Assembly: GCA_038087875.1 (NCBI GenBank)
Contig: JAXLNO010000589.1
Span: 1 to 58,335 of the forward strand
Direction: 5' to 3'
Source: Malacoraja senta
Taxonomy: Eukaryota
DNA length: 58,335 bases
Below, piece by piece: positions 49,136-58,335 of this stretch. The first letter of the stretch is position 1, and every line of letters begins with the position of its first letter. The position numbers and the translations under genes were made by a program. The notes below the pieces were generated by a model. The model did not search any database. It was not told the origin of the DNA and saw only the letters and a program-made list of their open reading frames with translations.

Positions 49136-51779
49136 TTGGCAGATAGTTGGCAGGCCTCGCTGGGACCGTCAACAGATGAATGTGCAAGCGGTTGCAGAAG
49201 TTACCAGGATTGGAAGGGAGACAACTGAGCTCTATCGGCCCCTTTGAGACCGACTCCCATAGAAACTCCTGGGAACATCTGTGGTCCTTTGTCAGAAGTT
49301 GATCTGGTTCCCCGCCGAGGTTCTTAGATACAGACAATGATAAGACCAATTGTGTGTCTTTTTTGGTTTTTTAAAATTTTTATTGGAGAAGTCGGCCAGG
49401 TTGAGACACGCGGGGCGATTCAATTGAGAAGTCAGCCGCGTTGAGACACTTGGGACTGGGTAAGAGGTCGGCCAGGTTGAGACACACGGGGCTATTGTAA
49501 AAATTGGATAGTGCAAACTAGAAATAGTTTGTTGTAAATTTTGCTACTGGAAAAGTAGTCGGCAATTGGACATAGCGAACTAGAAATGGTTTGTCGTAAA
49601 TTTTGCTACTGGAAGTAGTCGCCGATTGGCTCTGCAAACTAAAAAAGTTTGCCATTCACGAAGTAGCCGGGCAGATAGAAACTCGCGGCTATGGGGAATA
49701 ATTTGGATAAAAATGACGGGGGAACGCCCATACAACACATGTGTAATTTGAATCCTAGGACTATAAAATATTAAGTTATAAGTTGATATGAATCTTGGCC
49801 AGCAGGGGGCACATGGAGACAAAGGAAAGGAAATCGAAGGTAGAATCTGTTAAAAAGGCAGAAAAGGGAAAAGGATTGGGTCGCAAATTAAGCGACAAGA
49901 AAAAAGAAAAAGAAAAGAGGGGGAAGAAATTGCGCAAAAATGAAATAACCCCGGGGGACCGCTTTTTCTGACAAGCAACCTTGTTTACAGAAGAGGGGGG
50001 GATAAAGGAACATTTGGCAGGGAAATTAGGACAAAAGGGGATTGCTCTGAAAAGGCAGATGAAAAAGAGGAAGGGAGAAAGGGCTGAGGCAGAAGAGGAA
50101 GAAAAAAACAATATTAAATTCAAGACTAAGAAGAGTTAAACAACGCAGAGCACTGACAAGAAATGCAGCAGATAAAATAAAGACGGAAAAAAGCATGTGA
50201 ATCGAGGCTGCTAAGATACTTAAACCTCAGCCAACAGTCTGTACTTTTGTTTAAAAACAAACTTGCCTTCGAGGTTTGAATAACTTTTGGCACAGCGCAG
50301 CAGAACAGCGACCTTGCCTGTGCAGAAGGGAGACAAAGAATGTGGGTCTTTGTCTGTGGAGATTGATGGGTGTGGGGTGTGGGCAGACTTTGAATACTGG
50401 GGAGTCTGACTAATCACGATCTGGATCAATGTCCAATCACAGCATACAGGATCCTGACTGACAGGGAATTGGACCAGCCCACCGTGTTGCCCGCCCATTC
50501 CTAACAGATTTATGGTGGGAAAAAATGCTGGAGAAACTCAGCGTGCGAGTTTTTCAACATAACTCTCTCGCTTCAACAAAAAGATTTTCACAACTTTAGA
50601 CCTTAAAGACTTTATACCCACATTGAAGACCTCAGTCCTCCCACTGCAATGCCTATATGAGTCTCCCTGGGGAATGCCTGAGCTAATAAAACACAGACAC
50701 GGGCAGCTTGTAAATTCTTTATAACCAAAGATTCTGGTGAATGGAACGTTCTTGACAGAAAAAGGGCAGATTTTAGAAATTACAAAGAGACGTCTTTGAA
50801 GGTGAAATATTATGTACTGCTCTTGTTAAAAAAAAATGTTGTGTATGTGGGAAAGGGAATGTGGAATGTGTGAAATGTAGCTTACACTTTAAAGCTATGA
50901 GCAAATGTGTGTTTTGGATCACGACTTAAGTGAGAATGAACAAATGCGTTCTTTGTTTTAGATCTTTGTAAGAGCCTCATGTTTTAAGCGGGAGTCGTGT
51001 GTTCCTTTAAGAAACTGTAACTGTTTGGGGGCGGAGCCACACACAGCTATTTTTTTTCTTTCTTTTGCTTCTTTGTTCTTTGTCTATGAGAAGTAAACTG
51101 TTCATCCTTATGTTCTATTGATTCTTAAACAGAGGAGAGATGCAAAAATGCAGGTTGTTTTGACTTATCGATGTTTTAAGTTCTGTTTTCCCAAATTCTA
51201 ATCTTTTGAGCCGAGTTCAAAATGAGACGGATGCTATTGGCAACTGATAAATGTGTTAGATGAGATTGGAAATGCCGATATCACAGAGAAAAATAAAATG
51301 TTGATTTGGGAAAATTGTGATTGGTATGCATTTATGCTAGGAATTTGAGGTTGTGAATTTGGGGAGATAGATTGGAACAATTGGGAATGATTTTTAAATA
51401 GTTTTTTTCCTAATAATTATCTATTTTTTAAAGGGTTTAAGGATATTGGCGGTTATGGATTACTGATTTTGAGTTTGAGTTCTTTTGGGAATGCTTGTTT
51501 TGATGTAATAATAGTGTTTGTCTTTTAAAATACAAATGAGCAGCCAGGTCCCTGTCTCCAGACAAACAAATGTGTTGAAGCATGTGCTGTGTAAGGGACA
51601 AATGAACGTAATGCAATATTGTGTTAATTGATCACATCAGACCATGGCTTACAAAAGGGGGTTTGAGGGAACTAACAATGAGGGGTAAAAGGTGAGAGAT
51701 AAAGTAGATTGGGGAGGAGAAACATATTTGGACAATTGAAGAAATTAATATTTAGGTGGGGGGCCCTCTTCAGATACAC

Positions 51780-52020
51780 TCGGATCAAAGAACAAGTTCA
51801 CTGGGAAGGTGATGAAGGAGGCTTCTAAAGACTGATTTCACATTTCCCGACCACCCGCAGAGTTTTAGTGGAGGGAATGAATAGGACACTAAAGAGTTTA
51901 AGTAAAGTCTTGACCGAGACTGGACAGGAATGGGTTAAGGTTCCCAGTCTTTCTGTGGTTCAGAACAACCCCAGCTAGAAGGACAGGATTAACAACTTTT
52001 GAATTGAATACAGGACAAGC
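51780..52020 (+). pseudogene. ERV integrase remnant
   Basis: HPQS...VEGMNRTLK...KVLTETGQEWV...RTTP...TGLTTFEL, frameshifted. Confidence 0.7.
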
Positions 52021-52409
52021 TACTGCACCTACCTACCACTGGAGTGCGACTGGAGTGTGGGGATTGCACCTACAGGCCCTCTGCAATTAACTCATCATGT
52101 ATGCACAGCAATTAACCCATGCCTTTCCAGGTCTGCATTCCCAGGTACGAGAAGCACAGAAGCCACTACCAGTTGAGCACAGGGATGAGTCCATATAGAC
52201 TACATGCTGACGGGGTGCTGGGACCAGAAGAAATTGAGACTGTGTTGAAAGGAGTTGTGCTGGGTGCTGCCGGCAACATCAAACACCGTGAAGATTGAAG
52301 ATCACCCCATTGGATACATCTGATTGACTGTGAACAGTTGGGGGAAACAAGAAAGGACAATGGGGCTATTGACCCTCCTTTTATTCTGAGGTTGGCCCAG
52401 ATGGACTGG

Positions 52410-53011
52410 ACTTGGGAAGATAATTTGTTTATATGAGTTTTTGAATTTGCCCGTGATAAAATAAGTATATGCTGGGTGTGTACGCACATCCCATGTAATG
52501 ATGGAGGAGGAACTGTTTTAGAAATAGGGCAGCCACTAATGGGTACCTTCAGAATGGCAAACTTGAGGACTAACCCATATTTAAAGGCTGGTACACCCCT
52601 CCCTTTAAACAAGATTGGAAATTAAACATGACAAGTGCAGCAGATATATCCCGGTTGAGAATAACGAGCAATGCCCATATACCATTAAATACCTCATGTC
52701 ATTGCAACTACCGAGAGAAAGGGGTATATTTGGGAAATAGCTCATGCACTACAATCTCTCCTCAGGGACCACCATGATCAGTAAATGGAACATACTTTGT
52801 GTGTGGGTCATGGCCATATTCGTGGCTGCCAGGGATGCCACTGGGAGACTACAGCACTTGGGAAAGGAAATGGGGAAAGAACGACCACTGGAACGGGTGC
52901 TGTTATATAGCCTATGTTGTTCCCTATATGAGGGTGGTCCAGGAACTTACAGAGGGAGCTAGAACTTTAGCTAATTCCACTGCCCAGGCTTTTATGGATG
53001 TACGTCAATAG
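52410..53011 (+). pseudogene. ERV env remnant
   Basis: DNLF…ICWVCTHIP; NGTYFVCGSWPYSWLP...WNGCCYIAYVVP; LANSTAQAF (TM heptad start). Confidence 0.75.
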
Positions 53012-53163
53012 TATGTTTGAAGGAATATGTGGAATGATAATTCACTATGGATCTATTGTACTGCTGATCACTGTATTAACCTATGTATTGAAATACCTGA
53101 AACTTTCTTATGTACTCGGCGAGGACTGTAATTGTTATCATCGAAATGATAAACAGGAGGGAA

Positions 53164-53842
53164 TGAAAAGGTCAAATGCTTTAAAATATATATAATGGAA
53201 TCCTGGACTATTATAACTTGTATTTAATCTCAAGCAGGCTTTCTCCAGTAGATTGATAAGAGAGAGAGAGAAGCCCAGGTTTACCCCAGGTTGCAGTGTA
53301 TTGAGACAATGACCGATGACTTTGAAATGCGTCTACCAATTGATGAGAGAGAGAAGCCCAGACTATTCCCAGTAAGGGTTATTAATACAATGCCTTTGAG
53401 GTGTGCAGTGACCGATGACTTTGATATGCGACTGCCTTGTACCAATTGACAGGATGCCTTTGATTGGAAAGGCCTTGTACCAAATGACAGGATGCATTTA
53501 ATGCGACTGATGATTGACAAGACACAAACTCGGACGCATCATGTGGTAATGTGTATTGACTGTACCTCTGACCATGACTAACGTCTTTTGAATGTGCTTA
53601 TGTGACAAAAGTACAGTATAAAATACCATGTAATTCTTTGTTCATGGGAGTGGAGAAAGGAGAATCAAGTGTCTATGTTGCTTACTTGGCTGGTGTATCC
53701 TTGCCACTTCCATCAACCGATAATTAGTAAAGTTTTGAATTGGTCTACCAAACCGTTTTGTGAGTTGTCTGTTTATTTAAAAGTGAAACATTTTCAAAAG
53801 CTGCAAAAATATGACATAAATCTAGGAAAGCCCTGCCCAACA
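53164..53842 (+). repeat. ERV 3' LTR
   Basis: TG follows the polypurine tract and the LTR ends CCCAACA; internal U3 tandem duplications. Confidence 0.85.
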
Positions 53843-53848
53843 GCGTCG

Positions 53849-55090
53849 GGGTGGCACAGTGGAGCAGCAGTAGAGTTACTGCTTTACTGCGCCAGAGACT
53901 GGGGTTCGATCCTATGGGTGCAGTCTGTACCGAGTTTGTACGTTCTCCCTGTGACTGTGTGGGTTTTCTCCGGGTGCTCCCGCCCACATTCCAAAGATGT
54001 GCAGGTTTACAATAGACAATAGACAATAGGTGCAGGAGTAGGCCATTCGGCCCTTCGAGCCAGCACCGCCATTAAATTTGATCATGGCTGATCATCCCCA
54101 ATCAGTACCCCGTTCCTGCCTTCTCCCCATATCCCCTGACTCCGCTATTTTTAAGAGCCCTATCTAGCTCTCTCTTGAAAGCATCCAGAGATCCCGCCTC
54201 CACTGCCCTCTGAGGCAGAGAATTCCACAGACTCACCACTCTCTGTGTGAAAAAGTGTTTCCTCGTCTCCGTTCTAAATGGCTTACTCCTTATTCTTAAA
54301 CTGTGGCCGCTGGTTCTGGACTCCCCTAACATCGGGAATATGTTTCCTGCCTCTAGCGTGTCCAAACCCTTAACAATCTTATATGTTTCAATGAGATTCC
54401 CTCTCATCCTTCTAAACTCCAGAGTGTACAAGCCCAGCTGCTCCAATCTCTCAGCATATGACAGTCCCGCCATCCCTGGAATTAACCTTGTAAACCTACG
54501 CTGCACTCCCTCAATAGCAAGAATGTCCTTCCTCAAATTAGGGGACCAAAACTGTACACAATACTCCAGGTGTTGTCTCACTAGGGCTCTGTACAACTGC
54601 AGAAGGACCTCTTTGCTCCTATATTCGATTCCTCTTGTTATAAAGGCCAACATGCCATTCGCTTTCTTCACTGCCTGCTGTACCTGCATGCTTACTTTCA
54701 TAGACTGATGTACAAGGACCCCCAGATCCCATTGTACTTCCCCTTTTCCCAACTTGACACCATTTAGATAGTAATCTGCTTTCCTGTTTTTGATACCAAA
54801 GTGGATAACCTCTCATTTATCCGCATTAAACTTCATCTGCCATGAATCTGCCCACTCCCCCAACCTGTCCAAGTCACCCTGCACTCTCATAGCATCCTCC
54901 TCACAGTTCACACAGCCACCCAGCTTTGTGTCATCTGCAAATTTGCTAAATTTGTAGGTTAATTGGCTTCAGTAAAGATTATAAATTGTCCCTAGTGTGT
55001 AGGATAGTGTTAGTGTATAGGGATTGCTGGTCGGCGTAGAGTCAGTGGAGCAAAGGGCCTGTTTCGTGCTGTATCTATCTCTAAACTAAG
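53849..55090 (+). mobile_element. V-SINE split by a CR1 insertion
   Basis: Head at 53849-54009 ends gcaggttt and resumes as tttgtaggttaattggc at ~54951. Confidence 0.8.
54010..54950 (-). mobile_element. CR1 3' 0.94 kb
   Basis: ORF 54102-54752; near-identical to 25129-26070. Confidence 0.92.
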
Positions 55091-55249
55091 CAGCACTGGG
55101 GAGGTAACACACACTTGCAACAGGCTTCAAGATAACCAAATGGTGTAGGGATGAGTAGAATCCAGGTTCTTCAAACCACACATCCAATTTATATTAAGAG
55201 AACCAGGCTGTGCATTAGTTAATTTAATGTTAATCGCAACAATCCTTTC

Positions 55250-55562
55250 TTTAGTGATACAGCATAGAAACAGGCCCTTCACCCCATTGAGACCTTGCCA
55301 ACCATCGGTCACCCGTTCACACTAGTTCTATGTTATCTCACTTATGCCTTCACTCTCTATACATTAGGGGCAATTTTACGGAGGCCAATTAACCTACAAA
55401 CCTGCATGTTTCTGGGATGTGGGAGGAAACCGGAGCATGGGGAGGAAACCAATGTGGTCACAGAAAGAATGTGAAAACTCCACACAGATAGCGCCAGAGG
55501 TCAGGATCGAACCGGAGTCTCTGGTGCTATGAGGCAGCAGGTCTCCTTGCTGCGCCACTGTA
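55250..55562 (-). mobile_element. V-SINE
   Basis: Reverse-complement match to 2406-2670. Confidence 0.8.
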
Positions 55563-55821
55563 CTGCCTTATGTACTCCCGTGGAATTAGGAGAAGCATAT
55601 AAAGGCCGCACAACGTTCCTTGTAGCCCCCATATCCTCTGTAAGGAAGGAAGACAACTTACTTTGGTTACTAGTAGCATTTCTCCGTGGTCCTATGTTTC
55701 ATTGACTGGTGTGAGACCATTGTCCAGGATTCTGCAAAGTTGATGTGGGATCCTCCAGCACACCCACAACACCAACATTTTGAAGCACTAGATGGATGTG
55801 AGTACATTTTCTTTGTCGCTA

Positions 55822-56290
55822 GTTTAGTTTACTATTGTCGTGTATATTGAGGTACAGTGAAAAGCTTTTTGTTGCGTGCCATCCAATCAGTGGAAAGACA
55901 ATACATGATTACAATCAAGCCGTCCACAATGTACAGGTACAGGGTAAAGGGTATGATGCATAGTGCAAGATAAAGTCCAGTAGGATCTGATTGATGATAG
56001 TTTGAGGGTCTCCAATAAGTTCGATGGTAGGTCAGGACCACTCTCTAATTGGGGATAGGATTCAATTCCCTGATAACAGCTGGGAAGAAACTGTCCCTGA
56101 ATCTGGAGGTGTGCGTTTTCAAACTTCTGAACTTCTTGCATTATGGGAGAGGGGAGAAGAGGGAGTGACTGGGGTGAGACTGGTCCTTGATTATGCTGGT
56201 GGTCTTACCAAGGCAGCGTGAAGTGTAGATGGAGTGAAGAGAAGCAAGGCTGGTTTACGTGATGGCCTGTGATCCACAACTCTCTGCAAT
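55822..56290 (-). mobile_element. Rex1-like LINE 3' fragment
   Basis: KLQRVV...PSHPSHSLFSPLP-like C-terminus plus a (ctaaa)n tail. Confidence 0.65.
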
Positions 56291-56297
56291 TTCTTGA

Positions 56298-56600
56298 CAG
56301 TGGCGCAGTGGTAGAGTCGCTGCCTCACAGCGTCAGAGACCCAGGTTCGATCCTGACCACGGGTCCTGTCTGTATGGAGTTTACATGTTCTCCCTGTGAC
56401 CGTGTAGGTTTTCTCTGGGTGCTGTGGTTTCCTCCCACACTCCAAATACGTACAGGTTTGCAGGTTAATTGGCTTCGGTAAAATTGTAAATTGTTCCTAA
56501 TGTTTAGGATTATGTTAGTGTACGGTGTGATCGTTGGTCGGCGTGGACAGTGGGCCAAAGGGCCTGTTTCCACGCTGTATCTCTAAAGCCTAAAGTCTAA
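56298..56600 (+). mobile_element. V-SINE
   Basis: cagtggcgcagtggtagag...ggttcgatcc head and V-domain. Confidence 0.82.
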
Positions 56601-56609
56601 ATCACGGGC

Positions 56610-57025
56610 ACAATGTTTCCAAGAATTGGCTTTCACTCTAGACCGCTAAGATCTTCTGAGACCAATCTGTTAGTGATTCCCAGAGTAAATACAAAACATG
56701 GGAAAGCAGGATTTAGTTACTATGCAACAAATAGCTGGAATAAACTTCCTGAAGATTTAAGACTTGCCCCTACTTTCACCACTTTTAAAACAAGACTGAA
56801 AACTTTTATGTTTACTTTAGCTTTCAGCTAAATCTTAACTACATTGCACTTTTAACTTTTACACTTTTCTATAATGCATTTTTAACTTTGCTTTTATTTT
56901 CTTTTAATTCTTCTATTTTATTTCATTTTATTATTTCATTTTATTGTATGACATGTTTTTATGTGAAGCACTTTGAGTCTGCCTCGTGTATGAAATATGC
57001 TATACAAATAAAGTTGCAGTTGCAG
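56610..57025 (+). mobile_element. L2 LINE 3' end
   Basis: RPLRSSETNLLVIPRV...AGFSYYATNSWNKLP...FKTRLKTFMF; tail gcactttgag...tgaaatatgctatacaaataaa. Confidence 0.8.
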
Positions 57026-57981
57026 TTCACTCTCTTTACCCTTCCAAGGTCAACACAGAATTTAGCCTTCAATCAGTTTAGAGACATTAAAAAATGCTAA
57101 ATATTGCTGAAAAATTGATAACATTTATTGTACATATCAAAAACAGGAAGACATTTCTGTTTAGATATGCTCATTCATATCCTACATACAATTAATTCAT
57201 TAAGGTTGTATCTATCGCGCTGTAAAACCTGTTGAATTTTTAATGTCACTAAATGAATTAAAGTTCAAAACCTTGGATGATCGCCTCCAATTACTGGGTA
57301 GTGTTATTTGAAACTGCTTTTGCAGTGTCCTCATGGACTCTTTCATTGCATTCTAGGGTTCTAGGGTAGGGTTCTGACCCAAGACGTCACATATACATGT
57401 TCTCCAGAGATGCTGCCTGACCCGCTGAGTTACTCCAGCACTTTGTCCCCTTTTGGGCATGAAATGGATATGCATTTTCCTCTTATTTCTTTATTTTCCT
57501 CTTGTACTCCTAAATTCTTTCATGGATTCACGGGTGATAATCTTACTGCTGTTAACGTCATGATCAATTAGATCAGGTATGGCTCCAGTTTTTAAACAAG
57601 GCAAGCGACATACCTCAGTTATACCATTCAAATGTCTCTTCGAAAAAGACGGTTCGCTTTGTACAAGTTGAGCTAAATATTGTCAGATGGATTCCAGATG
57701 GAACAAAGTTAATGCCTTGAGCAAATTTACCACAAGGTTTATGGAGAAAGAAACGTTAAATCAAGTACCATTAATAAGCAATAACTGGCGGGTACAACTA
57801 GCCAATTAATTAGATTAATAAGGTGATGATATTGAGTGCCGGACTCACATTTAAATAATTGCACCATTTCACAGAGAATCCATAGACCAAATAAATAGTA
57901 TTCACAAAAGAGCCTCCCATTTCCACTAATCACTGCTCTGTTTTTCTCAGACAATATTTACTTAGCACGGCACATATCGAG

Positions 57982-58335
57982 TCAAGGTTCAAGGTTCTTT
58001 ATTAGTCACATACACCAATTGGTGTAGTGAAATGCGTATTCCTAATGCAGCACATAAAAAAAAGAATACAGACATAACAATAATAAATACATTTAAACAT
58101 AAAAAACATCCCCCCACAATGGTTCCCCATTATGAGGGAAGGCACAATGTCCAGTCCCCATCCCCATGTCCACCCATAGGGCCTATTTTGGCCTCCGCAG
58201 TCGCCTTTACGGCGGCCCGATGTTCCAGGCCGTGCTCACCGGGTGGTGGTGCTCCGGTGTCGGGAGAACCCTCACAGCGGCATGGGAAACTTGGAACGGC
58301 CGCTTCCTTACCGGAGACCGCGGCTTCCGAAGCCG
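57982..58335 (-). mobile_element. Short non-autonomous retroposon family X (copy 3, runs off window)
   Basis: (caaggtt)n plus tttattagtca tail; ttccccattatgagggaaggcacaatgtccagtc block. Confidence 0.6.

Larger units (their letters stand above)
48660..53842 (+). mobile_element. Internally deleted class I-like endogenous retrovirus
   Basis: Two direct LTRs, a degenerate tRNA-Ser-like PBS at 49137-49154, remnants of gag, integrase and env, and a PPT at 53151-53163. Confidence 0.85.

Noticed and set aside
57613..57740. Minus-strand coding exon ending at a GAG|GTATGT donor
   Set aside because: The frames I checked contain stops and no protein similarity was recognised.

Overview
Vertebrate non-genic DNA, most likely from a cartilaginous fish such as a skate or ray (inferred from HE1/V-SINE-type SINEs and HER1-like CR1 LINEs). 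I recognise no intact host gene, and the window is almost entirely a nested pile of transposable elements. It holds three L1-clade LINEs (two near-identical inverted copies with their own TSDs, one of them nested in an older L1), two full-length DIRS tyrosine-recombinase retrotransposons, and a decayed Gypsy element. It also holds a deleted class I ERV with two LTRs, CR1/L2/Rex1 fragments, Penelope remnants with minimal hammerhead-ribozyme motifs, SINEs, a non-autonomous DNA transposon and microsatellites. The main observation is the Gypsy element (LTR 9520-9678, PBS, gag start 17099). It appears to have captured an ASPM-type IQ-repeat coding fragment, fused in frame to Gag once three small lesions and an exactly removable DIRS insertion are reversed. 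The second observation is that both young L1 copies share an endonuclease-killing SDH deletion and a frameshift yet retrotransposed independently, implying a trans-mobilised non-autonomous L1 lineage. All homology calls are from motif recognition by eye; no searches were run.
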